This document shows positions 40,769-53,307 of a stretch of 64,000 nt of DNA, piece after piece (positions within the stretch are counted from its first letter, which is position 1; each line of letters begins with the position of its first letter). The position numbers and the translations under genes are program-made. Under the pieces are notes generated by a model. It saw nothing but the letters and a program-made list of their open reading frames with translations, made no database searches and had not been told where the DNA came from. This DNA is from Gammaproteobacteria bacterium. GTDB taxonomy: Bacteria; Pseudomonadota; Gammaproteobacteria; Eutrophobiales; Eutrophobiaceae. The stretch is from positions 2,752,001 through 2,816,000 of the forward strand of contig OZ220696.1 of assembly GCA_965116495.1 (NCBI GenBank), read 5' to 3'.

Positions 40769-43275
40769 CCATGCATTACAATATCAGGTAAATCGCCGCC
40801 CAGTCCCGTAGCCCGGCGCATAGTGAAATTCTTCAATGCCTGAAAAGAATTATACAGGCCCATCCCGGCATTCCTTAACGGGGGAACGGGTAAGGTCTGG
40901 TTTTCAAACAGGTATTTTAAACTCTCCAGGGCCATCATGACCATAAAATTTTCGCCTTTGCGCCATCTTTCATACTTTCTCAGCACTGCCGTGCTGCCCG
41001 GGTCGCGTCCCCTGGTCCCGGCTTCGCTGATCACCTGGAACAGACTGGCCGCATCGAGCAGTCCCAGGTTGGCGCCCAGCCCGGCCAGGGGATGTACACA
41101 ATGGGCCGCATCGCCGACCAGGGCAATCCTGTCGCGGCAATAACGGCGCGCCTGTGCCCTTTGCAGCGGGAAACTGTGCCTGACGCCGGTATCCGGTATG
41201 GCGCCCAGTGTGTGCTCGAACGCGTCCGCCAATGCCTGTTGAAATACCGCCTTATCCATGGCAAGCAACTCGGCTGCCTGTGCGGGAGTCGTCGACCAGA
41301 CCACTCCGCAGCGGTGCGGGTCGGCCAGGGGCAGGAAGGCCAGGGGACCGTCCGTCAGAAACCGCTGGCGGGCGATTTGTCCGTGACCCACTGCCGTGCG
41401 GACTATACTCGCCACGGCCGTTTGCCCGTACTGACGCACCGCATAATTTATCCCAGCAAGCTGTCTGACCTTCGATCCGGTCCCGTCGGCGGCAACCAGT
41501 AATTTTGCCGACAACTCCCGCCCGTCGCTCAACTGCACCCTGATCGCCCTGTGATCGTCACTGAGAGCGACCGGTTCAGCGCCCGCGCACAGCGCAACAC
41601 CGGACAGCCCCGTACGGACTGATTCCAGCGCACTCACCAATGTATTCTGCCTGACTGTATAGGCCAGGGTTGCCTGTTCGATATCGGCGCTGTCGAAGCA
41701 GAGGTTGCCGGTGCCGTTCTCATCCCAGACGTGCATGCGTTTGAACAGCCCGGGCTCCTCTGCAAGCTGCTGCCAGGCCCGGACCACAGACAGGATTTTG
41801 CGGGACGCCGGGGTCAATGCCAGAACCCGGGTATCTTCGGCCGTTTTCTCTGTTGCGGTCACGGGGTTCCGCTCAACCAGAATGCATTCAATTCCGTTGG
41901 ATGCCGCCAATAACGCCATACTGCCACCGACTACGCCGCCGCCGACTATCAGGAGTTCCGTATCCGCAGGCCTGGAGGCAGAAGAGCCATACCTGGCCGA
42001 TGAGGACTTTCGCCGTCCCGGGACAGAAGTGAGTTCTGTCCCCTGGTGAAAGTCCGTCCCGTGCACTCCACCCCGCATTGTCCACACACTGCTCCTTGCC
42101 ACACCTAGTCCTGTCGCCTGCCTGATAAATTCTTTTTTCAGGGTTGGTATTGCATCGAGTATCCACATCGCACTGTTGCGCAGTGCGGATTTCAGCGGTG
42201 CCGTATCGTTGAACGCCCGTTGCAGCGAATCGGAAAAGCGTATTACCCGGCGCTGGTCTGCCTTCCTTGATAATCCGTATGCATTCAGGACCTCACCGGC
42301 TCCCACGTCAGCGCCATTCTGCAAGACCGTGCCGAGATGTGCGGCCAGCGCCGCCACGTCCCGCAATACCAGGTTGAACCCCTGGGCGCCATTGGGGTGG
42401 ATAGTATGCGCGGCATTGCCCAGCAGCACGGTCCGGTCATGCGTCTGTTGTTCCGGCCGGAGTAGAAACAAGGGGTAGGATTTTCTCGCGCCCGGGCGGG
42501 ATAACCTCCCGAGACGCTTACCGAATGCCTGTTGCAGATGGTTGAGATATTCCTCGTCGTCCAGCCGCACATAACTGTCCGCCTGTTCTGCCGGCATGAC
42601 CATCACCGTGACGCAACGGCCGCGCTTCAGCGGCAATAAGGCAATCAGGCCGTCAGGGGTAAATCTTTCATACGCCGTATTACGGTGCTCCCGGGCTATA
42701 GAGACGTTGCTGACGATGGCCGTTTGGCTGTAATCATGGATGCTTGTCCTTATCCCGGCCAGTTCCCTGGTGTTTGAAAAAGTCCCGTCTGCAATCACGA
42801 GAAGTTTGCACTTGAGCGCCGTATCCTTCCCGGCCTGCCTGATATGTACGGTCACTGAACCCGTGCCACGCTCTATTCCGGCAGCCGTTGCCGGGCAGAA
42901 GGTATCGATATTATCGTGGCCGGCAGCTTCTTCAAACAGTGTTCGCCCCAGTTCCTGTGCGGGTACCACAAACCCTAATGCATCGAGATCAAGCATATCG
43001 GCAGACATCCTGACAGCGCCGTAGCGGCCCTGCGTACTGACATGTATCCGCTCAACAGGACAGGCGGACTGCTCCAGTTTCGACCACAACCCTGTCCCGT
43101 CCAATAATTTCCGGGAAGAAAGTGATAATGCGATGCCTCTGGCGTCATCGCCATGCGGGTTATCGCCCTGCGCCTGTCTCTCTTCGACCAGGGCAATGCT
43201 GACCGGCTCGAGGGCCAGGGCACTGGCAAGAGCGGAGCCTGCCAGGCCGCCGCCAATAACTACGATGTCATACAT
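40765..43275 (-). CDS. Fused ubiquinone-biosynthesis flavin hydroxylases UbiH + UbiI(VisC)-like
   Basis: Two complete FAD monooxygenase units (GGG.AG...ADG...GNAAH.IHP.GAQG; GGG.VG...ADG...GDAAH.VHPLAG.G) in one ORF at the pepP-ubiH-ubiI locus. Confidence 0.85.
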   Translation of the reverse strand: MYDIVVIGGGLAGSALASALALEPVSIALVEERQAQGDNPHGDDARGIALSLSSRKLLDGTGLWSKLEQSACPVERIHVSTQGRYGAVRMSADMLDLDALGFVVPAQELGRTLFEEAAGHDNIDTFCPATAAGIERGTGSVTVHIRQAGKDTALKCKLLVIADGTFSNTRELAGIRTSIHDYSQTAIVSNVSIAREHRNTAYERFTPDGLIALLPLKRGRCVTVMVMPAEQADSYVRLDDEEYLNHLQQAFGKRLGRLSRPGARKSYPLFLLRPEQQTHDRTVLLGNAAHTIHPNGAQGFNLVLRDVAALAAHLGTVLQNGADVGAGEVLNAYGLSRKADQRRVIRFSDSLQRAFNDTAPLKSALRNSAMWILDAIPTLKKEFIRQATGLGVARSSVWTMRGGVHGTDFHQGTELTSVPGRRKSSSARYGSSASRPADTELLIVGGGVVGGSMALLAASNGIECILVERNPVTATEKTAEDTRVLALTPASRKILSVVRAWQQLAEEPGLFKRMHVWDENGTGNLCFDSADIEQATLAYTVRQNTLVSALESVRTGLSGVALCAGAEPVALSDDHRAIRVQLSDGRELSAKLLVAADGTGSKVRQLAGINYAVRQYGQTAVASIVRTAVGHGQIARQRFLTDGPLAFLPLADPHRCGVVWSTTPAQAAELLAMDKAVFQQALADAFEHTLGAIPDTGVRHSFPLQRAQARRYCRDRIALVGDAAHCVHPLAGLGANLGLLDAASLFQVISEAGTRGRDPGSTAVLRKYERWRKGENFMVMMALESLKYLFENQTLPVPPLRNAGMGLYNSFQALKNFTMRRATGLGGDLPDIVMHG
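42004..42060. repeat. Nested hairpin REP-like element inside the fusion linker
   Basis: Outer IR GGACTTTCGCC/GGTGAAAGTCC, inner IR GGGACAGAA/TTCTGTCCC; end AAGTCCGTCCC shared with the element at 14249. Confidence 0.75.
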
Positions 43276-43299
43276 CGCGCAGGGCTAAGGGGAATCACT

Positions 43300-44610
43300 T
43301 TAACCATTCAGCGTCATCAGCGCCTCAATCTCAGCAATGCTCTTGGGCGCCTCCCTGCTCAGTACTTCATGGCCGGATTTCGTTACCAGTACATCATCTT
43401 CAATGCGGACGCCTATGTTCCACCATTTCCGGCCAAGACCCTTTTGCGGAGGAAAATACAGTCCCGGCTCAATGGTCATGGTCATGCCGGGTTCCAGCAT
43501 GCGCCACTCCTCGCCCACCTTATATTCACCGACGTCGTGTACGTCCATACCCAGCCAGTGCCCGGTCTTGTGCATGAAGTAGCGGCTGTAGGCCTTCTCC
43601 TTTATCAAAGTCTGCAGTTTTCCCTTGAGAATTCCCAACGCAACCAGGCCTTCGGTCAGCACCTCAACTGCTGCATCGTGGGGCTGGGCCCAGTGATTTC
43701 CCGGTCTCACTGCATCGATTGCAGCAAGCTGTGCGGCCAGCACCAGCTCATAGACCGATCGCTGCGGGCTGTTGAACTCACCATTTACCGGGAACGTACG
43801 GGTTACGTCGCTCGCGTAACATTCGTATTCAGCCCCCGCGTCAATCAATAATATGTCGCCGTCCTTGAGTTCCCGGGTATTATCGATGTAATGCAGAACG
43901 CAACTGTTTGCACCGCTGCCGACTATGGAAGGATAGGCTGCGCTGTGTGCCCCCTGGCGCATGAACTCGTGCATCAGTTCAGCCTCAATCTGATATTCCA
44001 TCATCCCCGGACGGCATGACTTCATGGCGCGTATGTGGGCATTGGCCGAAATTGCAGCTGCCTTGCGTAACAGGCTGATTTCACGGCGGCTTTTATACAG
44101 CCGCATGTCATGCAGGATATGGTTCATGGAAACGAATTGCTCCGGCGCGTGGACACCGCTGCGCGCCTTGCCGCGCACCTGGTTGACCCAGCTGAGCACA
44201 CGTTGATCGAACACGGCATTGTTGCCCATGGTGTAATAAATCCGCGCGCGGTTCTCCAGTAATCCGGGTAGAATATCGTCCATGTCGGTAATCGGGTAGG
44301 CGTCATCCGCGCCGTAATTATTGCAGGCGCCTTCCAGCCCCGCCCTGGCGCCGTGCCAGATTTCCTGTTCCGCGTTACGTTCACGACAGAACAGGATAAA
44401 TTCACCCTGTCCCCGGCCTGGGATGAGTGCCATAACGGCTTCCGGTTCGGCAAACCCCGTCAAATAAAAAAAATCACTATCGGGACGATAGCGATATTGC
44501 ACGTCCCTGTTGCGTGTTTTCTCGGGCGCGGTGGGCAGGATCGCAATGCTGTCATCCCCGAGCATATCCATGAGTTTCTTGCGGCGCTTTTGAAATTCGC
44601 TGTGTTTCAT
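43300..44610 (-). CDS. pepP: Xaa-Pro aminopeptidase P
   Basis: [36 protein letters not shown]. Confidence 0.96.
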   Translation of the reverse strand: MKHSEFQKRRKKLMDMLGDDSIAILPTAPEKTRNRDVQYRYRPDSDFFYLTGFAEPEAVMALIPGRGQGEFILFCRERNAEQEIWHGARAGLEGACNNYGADDAYPITDMDDILPGLLENRARIYYTMGNNAVFDQRVLSWVNQVRGKARSGVHAPEQFVSMNHILHDMRLYKSRREISLLRKAAAISANAHIRAMKSCRPGMMEYQIEAELMHEFMRQGAHSAAYPSIVGSGANSCVLHYIDNTRELKDGDILLIDAGAEYECYASDVTRTFPVNGEFNSPQRSVYELVLAAQLAAIDAVRPGNHWAQPHDAAVEVLTEGLVALGILKGKLQTLIKEKAYSRYFMHKTGHWLGMDVHDVGEYKVGEEWRMLEPGMTMTIEPGLYFPPQKGLGRKWWNIGVRIEDDVLVTKSGHEVLSREAPKSIAEIEALMTLNG

Positions 44611-44806
44611 CTAACAGGTTTTGACTTTTTTCAAGACTACCTACGGTACCGTGATAGATTGCCAAAAGCAATGGCGATAACATGGTCCGGCAAGCAAACT
44701 TTCAGTTGCTGCCGGTGCACTGGCCTTGACCGCATTTCAACCGCGTTCTATATTGGTAGGTAAACGCCTTCGTTTTATGGGGAAAACCAGCCGCTTAAAT
44801 AAACAT

Positions 44807-45031
44807 ATGTCAGAGAAAAAACCAGAAAATGTAGATTTGGGGGTGCTCGAGGCCAGGGTTGACGATCTTATCCGAGCTGTTGATGCACTGAAAAACGAGA
44901 ATTCCGCTTTACGACACCAGCAAAAAAACCTGATCAGTGAACGGGCCGTACTCATTGAAAAAACAGAGCAGGCAAGATTTCGCATTGAATCCATGATTGC
45001 CCGGCTCAGGGCTATGGAAACGCGTACATGA
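44807..45031 (+). CDS. ZapB-like coiled-coil protein (TIGR02449 type)
   Basis: LEARVDDLI...LKNEN..LR...RIESMIARL; upstream of zapA. Confidence 0.85.
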   Translation: MSEKKPENVDLGVLEARVDDLIRAVDALKNENSALRHQQKNLISERAVLIEKTEQARFRIESMIARLRAMETRT

Positions 45032-45327
45032 CACGAACCAAGACGGTTCCGGTATCGATTCTTGACAAGGAATACCTGATATCCTGTCCTGAAGATGAGC
45101 GCGAGCAATTACATGCCGTGGTGGAATTTGTCAACGAAAAACTGCATGAGGTTAAAAACAGCGGCAACGTTATCGGCACGGAACGTATAGTGGTCATGGC
45201 CACCCTGAATATTGCCAATGAACTGCTTGCATACAAACAGAGAAATAAGGACTATACTGAATCCGTAGGCTCCGTGGTAGAACGCCTTCAAACTAAAATT
45301 GACGGCATACTGAGCGGGGATGAATAA
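45028..45327 (+). CDS. zapA: Cell division protein ZapA
   Basis: ILDKEY.I.CP, ERIVVMATLNIA. Confidence 0.92.
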   Translation: MTRTKTVPVSILDKEYLISCPEDEREQLHAVVEFVNEKLHEVKNSGNVIGTERIVVMATLNIANELLAYKQRNKDYTESVGSVVERLQTKIDGILSGDE

Positions 45328-45422
45328 ATCGTGAGTCAGGCCAACCGCATATTTTTATGGAAACACGGCCGCAAAAGTTTACGGTTGTCCTGATGGAGGC
45401 TGTACCACGGATGACCGGTTTT

Positions 45423-45609
45423 GGGTATCTTCTGTCGTGCTCGTGAGCGGGCCGACAGAAACTTGAGCTTATTTCCTGTTATGAAGGGAGCTGACCGCGC
45501 TATTGTGTGCAAGCCCACTTGAGGTGGGAAGCCTGATATATCGCCTGCTGTTCCCACTTGAACCACCGGTTCAAGTTTAACGCCTGTAACGGCACGACGG
45601 TTGATACCC
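45423..45609 (+). ncRNA. ssrS: 6S RNA
   Basis: Canonical position after zapA; terminal stem GGGTATCTTCTGTCGTGC / GCACGACGGTTGATACCC; CTTGAACC...GGTTCAAG motif; about 187 nt. Confidence 0.85.
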
Positions 45610-45622
45610 GCCAATAACGGAT

Positions 45623-45780
45623 AAGGGGGCGGATTTAAAATCTGTCCCTTTTTCCGCACTTCGTCATGCCGGGCCCTGCCTCAAGGCCAGGGCAGGTCTG
45701 ACCCGGCATCCAGTAGGATATTGTGTCGCCTGAAAGGCGACTCTTTGTTTCGCTGTATTCCCGCCTTCGCGGGAATGACG
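45623..45780. repeat. Hairpin/terminator plus composite REP doublet
   Basis: AAGGGGGCGGATTT/AAATCTGTCCCTTTT; GTCATGCCGG[insert]...CCGGCATCCAG, central hairpin, ATTCCCGCCTTCGCGGGAATGACG. Confidence 0.75.
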
Positions 45781-45809
45781 GTTGGGTTGCGGCAGTCCCC
45801 TTTAACGTA

Positions 45810-47330
45810 TCAATTCAGAAAGATCCTGTAGGCAGGATTGTTCGTCTCTTCCGAATACTCAATCCCGAGGCCGTCCAGGAATTCCTGGAATTCGCCGATC
45901 TGGTCCTGCGGCACCTGTATGCCCATCAGCACCCGCCCGTAAGCAGCGCCGTGATTACGGTAGTGGAACAGGCTGATGTTCCAGCGCGAGCTCATCTGCG
46001 TAAGAAAATGCAGCAGTGCCCCGGAACGCTCCGGGAATTCAAACCTGTACAGCAGTTCATCGGTAACCCCGGTCGCATGGCCACCTACCATGTAACGGAT
46101 ATGCATCTTCGCCACTTCGTCATTGCTCAGGTCGATGACCTGGTAGCCCTTGTCCCGTAAATTTGCCAGTAGCTGGTTCTTCTCCCGCACGCCGTGGCGC
46201 AATTGCACGCCCACGAAGATATGCGCCTCTTCGGTATCGCAGTACCGATAGTTGAATTCGGTGATCTGGCGCGGGCCCAGGTCGTGGCACAGGGTGCGAA
46301 AACTGCCGGGGCGTTCGGAAATCGTGGTGCAAATCAACGCCTCCCGCCGTTCACCCAACGCGGACAGTTCGGCGATATGGCGCAGGCGGTCAAAGTTCAC
46401 GTTGGCGCCGCTGAGAATGGCGACCAGGCGCCTGTCCTTCAGGTTTTCCCGCTGGACATATTTTTTCAACCCGGTCAGGGCCAGTGCCCCTGCCGGCTCC
46501 GGGATGGAGCGGGTATCCTCGAATATATCCTTGACTGCCGCGCAGATCTCATCGACGTTCACAGGCAGGACCTCATCGACCAGCTCCCGGCAGATGCGGA
46601 ATGTTTCCTCACCCGCCTGCTTCACTGCGGCGCCGTCGGCGAAGATGTCCACGTGGTCCAGGGTGACCCTGTCACCGGCTTCCATCGCCCGGTACATGCT
46701 GGCCGCCCCGTCATGCTCCACACCGATAACTTTTATCCCCGGGCTGGTCGCTTTCACGTGCAGCGCGATGCCGGCTATCAATCCGCCGCCGCCGACCGGG
46801 ACGAAGATACAGTCCGGCTGCTTATCACACTGCTCCAGCAGTTCCACGCCCACGGTAGCCTGCCCGGCGATGACCAGCGGGTGGTCGTAGGGCGGGATGA
46901 AGGTCCTGCCCTCCCTGGCGGCCAGTTCTTCTGCGTGCAACCGGGCCTCGTCATAGGTATTGCCGTGCAGGACCACCCTGGCGTCGAGACGCCTTACTGC
47001 GCTTACCTTGATCTCCGGCGCGGTCTTCGGCATCACAATGATTGCGCCGATATTCATTTTGCCGGCGGCCAGGGCAACACCCTGGGCGTGGTTCCCGGCG
47101 GAAGCCGCGATGACTCCGCTGCGTTTCTGCTCGTCGCTCAGCGTGGCAATCAGGTTATAGGCGCCGCGCAATTTATAGGAAAACACCGACTGCTGGTCTT
47201 CCCGCTTCAGCCAGATATGGTTGTCCAGCGCCCGGGAAGCCTGGTCGGCGTAATCCAGGGAGGAACGCCGGGCGACGGCGTAAACCCTGGTCGCTGCCGC
47301 GCTGATTAACGGTTGGTATTCTGCAAACAT
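45810..47330 (-). CDS. ilvA: Threonine ammonia-lyase, biosynthetic
   Basis: [23 protein letters not shown], two regulatory domains, FHYRNHG. Confidence 0.96.
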   Translation of the reverse strand: MFAEYQPLISAAATRVYAVARRSSLDYADQASRALDNHIWLKREDQQSVFSYKLRGAYNLIATLSDEQKRSGVIAASAGNHAQGVALAAGKMNIGAIIVMPKTAPEIKVSAVRRLDARVVLHGNTYDEARLHAEELAAREGRTFIPPYDHPLVIAGQATVGVELLEQCDKQPDCIFVPVGGGGLIAGIALHVKATSPGIKVIGVEHDGAASMYRAMEAGDRVTLDHVDIFADGAAVKQAGEETFRICRELVDEVLPVNVDEICAAVKDIFEDTRSIPEPAGALALTGLKKYVQRENLKDRRLVAILSGANVNFDRLRHIAELSALGERREALICTTISERPGSFRTLCHDLGPRQITEFNYRYCDTEEAHIFVGVQLRHGVREKNQLLANLRDKGYQVIDLSNDEVAKMHIRYMVGGHATGVTDELLYRFEFPERSGALLHFLTQMSSRWNISLFHYRNHGAAYGRVLMGIQVPQDQIGEFQEFLDGLGIEYSEETNNPAYRIFLN

Positions 47331-47441
47331 GTGTATAAGATAACATCACGCTGGATTTCCGCCAAAGCCTGCCCCTGTATGCTAATGGTAAGGCTCACGG
47401 AAGCCGGCAATGCGCGATTTGCCAACGGGACATTCCTCCAG

Positions 47442-48095
47442 ATGAGCCAGGAAAAAAAACAACGGGTCGCCAGCGCCGCGATCGAATACATAGAAGATGA
47501 CATGGTCGTGGGTGTCGGCACCGGCAGCACGGTCAACTGCTTTATCGATGAACTGGCGCGAATCGGTCACCGTATCGACGGCGCCGTAGCCAGTTCGGTC
47601 GCGACCGAAACCCGGTTAAGGCAACACAATATCCCAATAATCGACCTGAACGGCGTACGCGAACTCTCGGTTTACGTGGACGGCGCCGACGAAGCCACGC
47701 GGCACCTGCAGCTGATCAAGGGAGGAGGAGGCGCCCTGACCCGGGAGAAGATCACCGCTGCCGTCAGCGACCGCTTTATCTGCATCGTCGACGATACGAA
47801 GGTGGTGGACGTCCTCGGCGCCTTCCCGTTACCAGTAGAAGTCATTCCCATGGCCCGCAGCTACGTGGCCCGGGAAATCGTGAAACTGGGCGGCCAGCCG
47901 GTGCTGAGAGAGGACTTCGCCACGGACAACGGCAACGTCATCCTGGACGTCCACAACCTTTCCATCCTGAACCCGGCAGAACTGGAGCAGCAACTCAACC
48001 AGGTAGTGGGCGTGGTCACCAACGGCCTGTTTGCCAGGCGCCGCGCCGACCTGTTACTGGTTGCCGATGATCAGCAGGTTAAGACAATTGCATGA
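47442..48095 (+). CDS. rpiA: Ribose-5-phosphate isomerase A
   Basis: [24 protein letters not shown]. Confidence 0.96.
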   Translation: MSQEKKQRVASAAIEYIEDDMVVGVGTGSTVNCFIDELARIGHRIDGAVASSVATETRLRQHNIPIIDLNGVRELSVYVDGADEATRHLQLIKGGGGALTREKITAAVSDRFICIVDDTKVVDVLGAFPLPVEVIPMARSYVAREIVKLGGQPVLREDFATDNGNVILDVHNLSILNPAELEQQLNQVVGVVTNGLFARRRADLLLVADDQQVKTIA

Positions 48096-48529
48096 TCGGA
48101 CTCATACAGCGCGTCACCGAAGCAAGGGTGGAGGTCGATAACAGGACCGTAGCACAAATCGACCGAGGTATCCTGGCGCTCATCGGTGTAGAAAAACAGG
48201 ACAAGTCCGCAACGGCCCGGCGGCTGGCCCAAAGGATAATCCAGTACCGAATATTCCCTGACGCCGACGGGAAAATGAACCTGAGCCTGCATGACACGGA
48301 CGGCGAACTGTTATTGGTTCCTCAGTTCACCCTGCCGGCCGACACCCGCAAAGGCAACCGCCCCAGTTTCAGCTCAGCCGCGCCGCCCGAGACGGGCGAA
48401 CGCCTGTTCCTGGAACTTGCAGGCTTCGCCAGGGAGGCTCACGGGCAGGTGCAAACCGGCGTGTTCGGCACAAACATGCAGGTTTCGCTTAGCAACGACG
48501 GACCCGTGACGTTCTGGTTGCAGGTTTGA
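48092..48529 (+). CDS. dtd: D-aminoacyl-tRNA deacylase
   Basis: QRV, PQFTL, NDGPVT. Confidence 0.95.
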   Translation: MIGLIQRVTEARVEVDNRTVAQIDRGILALIGVEKQDKSATARRLAQRIIQYRIFPDADGKMNLSLHDTDGELLLVPQFTLPADTRKGNRPSFSSAAPPETGERLFLELAGFAREAHGQVQTGVFGTNMQVSLSNDGPVTFWLQV

Positions 48530-48532
48530 CGG

Positions 48533-49399
48533 ATGAAGATTACAAAATCGTTCCTGTTGCCTGTACTGTTTGTTGCCTATTGTATTTCCCAACCCCTGTC
48601 AGCGGCAGAACTTGTCAGCATTGAAAACGTCACGCTCATCGACGCCGACCCGAACGACGGCGATAGTTTCAAGGTCAATGCCGGTGGCCGCGAACTGCAC
48701 CTGCGCCTGTACTATGTCGATTGCCCTGAAACCACTTACAACAGCAAGCCCGTACTGGAAAGAATCCGTGAGCAACAACGCCATTTCGGCCTCGAAGATC
48801 CCCATGACGTGGTACGTTACGGCGGACTGGCTGACGAATACGTCAGGCAGGCACTGTCACAGCCCTTCACGATTCACACCAGCTATGCCCAGGCGCCGGG
48901 ACGGTCTGCGCTGGTCCGCTATTACGCCTTCGTGCAAACCCATGACGGTCATGATCTGGCCCATCTACTCATCGAGCAGGGCCTGGCCAGGATACACGGC
49001 AAAACCCGTCCTGGTCCCGATGGGACACCAAGCCAAACCGTACTCGAAGAACTCCAGGACCTGCGCACCATCGCCCTGCTGAACCGCGCCGGTATATGGC
49101 AGTCATCACAACCCGACATCCTGGCCGAAATGCGTGAACGCCAGCGGGAAGAGGCCGAGGAACTGAAAACATTCCGCCAAAAGGTGGCGAAGATGCGTAC
49201 CCGTGATGACCAGCCTCTCAACCTGAACAGCGCCTCGAAGGAGGAACTTGAGCAAATCCCCGGAATCGGACCGGTTACGGCAATCAAGATTAGCGATGGG
49301 AGGCCGTATGAGTCAGTTGATGATTTGTTGAGAATTCCCGGAATCGGGCCGAAAACGGTGGAGGCTATAAGGCCTTATGTTACGGTGGGCATTAAGTAA
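48533..49399 (+). CDS. Exported staphylococcal-nuclease-like domain fused to ComEA-type helix-hairpin-helix
   Basis: Signal peptide; DGDSF...LRLYYVDCPE; LNLNSASKEELEQIPGIGP...IPGIGPK. Confidence 0.8.
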   Translation: MKITKSFLLPVLFVAYCISQPLSAAELVSIENVTLIDADPNDGDSFKVNAGGRELHLRLYYVDCPETTYNSKPVLERIREQQRHFGLEDPHDVVRYGGLADEYVRQALSQPFTIHTSYAQAPGRSALVRYYAFVQTHDGHDLAHLLIEQGLARIHGKTRPGPDGTPSQTVLEELQDLRTIALLNRAGIWQSSQPDILAEMRERQREEAEELKTFRQKVAKMRTRDDQPLNLNSASKEELEQIPGIGPVTAIKISDGRPYESVDDLLRIPGIGPKTVEAIRPYVTVGIK

Positions 49400-49426
49400 T
49401 TCTTAACCGTACGACCTGACCCCTTA

Positions 49427-49670
49427 CTATGACAGATGGGGCTCTATATCAAGCGGTCGAAGCTGCCTTGGTGCAATCTCTTGAAGGGTCATGGCGGCCT
49501 GGTGCGAAGAGCCATGAAAAGTGGCGGCTCGCAACAGGGAGATGCAATAATCGAGCCCCGAATATTTCATCAGAGGGTCAATCCAGCGTACCGGATCCGG
49601 CGCCCCGCTCACAGCGGACAGACAGGCCTGGATGTGGTAAATTCTTCAAAGATATACCGCGCGCGGATAG
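49427..49670 (-). pseudogene. Fragment of an AbiEi-type (type IV TA) antitoxin
   Basis: WIDPLMKY..LDYCISLLRAA.FHG.SHQA resembles the AbiEi core; truncated on both sides. Confidence 0.55.
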
Positions 49671-50645
49671 TTAGGGAGACCCGGCCCCCTCCTTCGCAGC
49701 CCGTTGGCTCCATTCTATCCAGGAGCCGTCGTACAGGTGCAATCTTTCAACGGGGAAGCCCATCAGGTAGAGCGCGAACAACGGCGTGGCGGCGCGCACG
49801 CCGGAGTGGCAATAGAAGATGTGATCGTGTTCGCGTTCAAAGCCCGACTGTGTCAGCAGTGCGTCGATCTCGGCGGCGGTCCGGAACTCCGACATGCGGC
49901 CTTCGGATACCTTGCGGAAATCTTTCCAGCCGATGTATTGAGCCCAGCCGATGCGCCCTGCCGGCAGGCCGCCGATACGCGCCGACCCGTCCCATTCCGC
50001 CATCTCGCGCGCGTCCCAGACATGGGTCCCCGCGTCCGAGCGACCCTGGTGGACGTCGGCCATAGCGGCCGTCCAGGCGGCGAGGGCGGGCGCAGCGACG
50101 AAATTCCCGGTTCTTCCGGCTGAACGTCCGGGACCGCGCTCAATGGCGTAGCCTGCGTCCTTCTAGGCATCCAAGCCGCCGTCCAGCACCCGGACATCGT
50201 GTTTTCCGTAAAGGCGGAAGATCCACCAGAGGCGCGCGGCGTCGTAGGCTTCATCATAGACTACGATAGTAGAATCGTTGTCGATACCGAGTCCGCGCGC
50301 AAATTCCTGCAAGCGTTCACGGTCCACCGCAATGCCGGCCTTGCCGGTGTAGGCCTTGCGCGGGGCATGGAGGGCGCCGGGAATATGCTCAAGCAGCCAG
50401 GAGACCTGCTTTACCGCAGCCAGCACTACCGGTTTCGGGCCGTGTCCGTCCAGCATCGATTGAACTTCTGCCGCGGTAACCAGGGCATGCCCGCGCGGGA
50501 AGCCCTTGTATTGCTCGGCCTGCAATGGGCCACCCAGGAGCAGGAGAACGAGTGGCAGTAGAATGGTGCGGTACAATGTGATACCTCGCCCGTGCACCGG
50601 GAGACGGTTGTGAAATACCCTGACTCTTGTCGATTGCATTGCCAT
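49671..50645 (-). pseudogene. Two-domain rhodanese/sulfurtransferase interrupted by one in-frame TAG
   Basis: HIPGA, VLDGGLDA*(50163-50165)KDAG continues in frame into YCHSGVRA and YDGSWIEW. Confidence 0.85.
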
Positions 50646-50663
50646 TTCTGATTTTCCGGTACG

Positions 50664-51680
<1,017 letters not shown>

Positions 51681-51838
51681 CTATCAGCATCTCCTCTGAA
51701 AACAGCCGGTAGCTCGCGGCCGGCTTGCATATTCGACACCGGCATTCCGGCCTCTGTCCTCTGCCCCCTGTTTCCTGTATTCTACGCACTGTTTTATCTA
51801 TTATGGGAAACCCGTTAGCAACTTACCGGTATATAGAT

Positions 51839-52435
51839 ATGGGGAACGAAAGACAGGCCTCACTGCAAAGGTCAACAAAAGAAACGGACATAGCCGTAGG
51901 GTTGAACCTGGACGGAATGGGCGAATCCGATTTGCACATTGGCGTCCCCTTTCTCGAACACATGCTCGACCAGGTTGCCCGGCACGGTATGTTCGACCTG
52001 GACATCAAGGCGGTCGGCGATCTTGAAATTGACGCACACCATACCGTTGAGGATGTCGGCATCACCCTGGGGCAGGCCTTCAGGCAGGCGCTGGGGGACA
52101 AACGCGGGATACGCCGCTACGGATACGCGTATGTACCCCTGGATGAGGCCTTGTCGCGAGTAGTACTGGATTTCTCCGGCAGGCCTGGGCTGGAATACCG
52201 CGTCGACTATCCCCGGGCCAGGGTGGGTGAATTTGACGTAGACCTGCTGCGCGAGTTTTTCCAGGGTTTTGTCAACCATGCCATGGTCACCCTGCATATT
52301 GATAATATCCGTGGCAGGAACTCACACCACATCGCCGAAACGATCTTCAAGGCATTCGGCCGCGCCTTGCGTACTGCCGTGGAACTGGATCCGCGCATGG
52401 AGGGCATCCTGCCGTCAACGAAAGGCAGCTTATAA
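51839..52435 (+). CDS. hisB: Imidazoleglycerol-phosphate dehydratase
   Basis: [20 protein letters not shown]. Confidence 0.96.
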   Translation: MGNERQASLQRSTKETDIAVGLNLDGMGESDLHIGVPFLEHMLDQVARHGMFDLDIKAVGDLEIDAHHTVEDVGITLGQAFRQALGDKRGIRRYGYAYVPLDEALSRVVLDFSGRPGLEYRVDYPRARVGEFDVDLLREFFQGFVNHAMVTLHIDNIRGRNSHHIAETIFKAFGRALRTAVELDPRMEGILPSTKGSL

Positions 52436-52441
52436 CCCGCC

Positions 52442-52541
52442 CGTGAACGGGGTCAGGTCGCACATTGCACATGCAGAGGTTAGGCACGGCTTCACACTCA
52501 TTGTCTTTGCATGTGCAATGTGCGACCTGACCCCGTTCACG
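52442..52541. repeat. 100-bp element with perfect 34-bp inverted repeats (GGGGTCAG type)
   Basis: CGTGAACGGGGTCAGGTCGCACATTGCACATGCA at 52442-52475 and its exact reverse complement at 52508-52541. Confidence 0.9.
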
Positions 52542-52560
52542 CGGCTACAAACCTTGAGAT

Positions 52561-53208
52561 ATGCGGCTTAAAACCATCGCCATCCTGGACTACGGTTCCG
52601 GCAATCTGCGCTCTGTAGCAAAAGCCCTGGAGTACGTTGCGGGTAACGATTACAACGTGCGGGTCAGCAGCGACCGCGCTACTATACTGGCTGCTGAACG
52701 TATCGTATTCCCGGGGCAGGGCGCCATAGGCCAATGCATGCAGACCCTGATCGGAAAAGGCTTTCCGGAACTGCTCAGGGAGTGTATCTTCAGTAAACCC
52801 TTTCTGGGCATCTGCCTGGGCCTGCAGACCCTGATGGACTACAGCGAAGAAGATGATGGTACTGAAGGTCTGGCGGTGCTACCCGGAAAAGTGTGCCGGT
52901 TTCCGGCGGCTGTCCGGGACGACAACGGTAACCTGTACAAGATCCCGCATATGGGCTGGAACAAGGTAAGACAGGCAACGGCCCATCCCCTGTGGAAAAA
53001 CATCAGGGACGACGAGCGGTTTTATTTTGTTCACAGTTATTATGTGCAGCCGGACCGCGCCTCCGACTCTGCCGGGACTACGGATTATGTCGTAAATTTC
53101 ACAGCCGCCGCAGCACGGGACAATTTATTCGCAACCCAGTTTCACCCGGAAAAAAGCCAGCGGGCCGGACTCACCCTGCTGAAAAATTTTCTGGCGTGGC
53201 AACCGTAA
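52561..53208 (+). CDS. hisH: Imidazole glycerol phosphate synthase glutaminase subunit
   Basis: DYGSGNL, GICLG, PHMGWN, QFHPEKS. Confidence 0.96.
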   Translation: MRLKTIAILDYGSGNLRSVAKALEYVAGNDYNVRVSSDRATILAAERIVFPGQGAIGQCMQTLIGKGFPELLRECIFSKPFLGICLGLQTLMDYSEEDDGTEGLAVLPGKVCRFPAAVRDDNGNLYKIPHMGWNKVRQATAHPLWKNIRDDERFYFVHSYYVQPDRASDSAGTTDYVVNFTAAAARDNLFATQFHPEKSQRAGLTLLKNFLAWQP

Positions 53209-53265
53209 CGCACATATACAACTTCCAGCGAAGTGCGCCGGTAAGTGGGGGTAGGTGGGGGAAAT

Positions 53266-53307
53266 AAAACCCAGGGGCAGATTTAAGCTGCCCCCGGCTT
53301 CTGTTTT
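53266..53307. terminator. Hairpin between convergent hisH and HU genes (probable bidirectional terminator)
   Basis: GGGGCAG-ATTTAAG-CTGCCCC flanked by A- and T-rich tails. Confidence 0.6.

Noticed and set aside
45336-45659. 107-aa minus-strand ORF after zapA
   Set aside because: It is antisense to the 6S RNA, which explains the region better.
46194-47309. Long antisense ORFs (e.g. 371 aa opposite ilvA, 296 aa opposite etfA, 285 aa opposite glnS)
   Set aside because: These are shadow ORFs of GC-rich coding strands with no recognisable motifs.
50163-50165. Pyrrolysine or selenocysteine recoding of the rhodanese stop
   Set aside because: The codon is TAG at a structural Trp position, not the catalytic Cys, and no pyl genes are seen; a point mutation is simpler.
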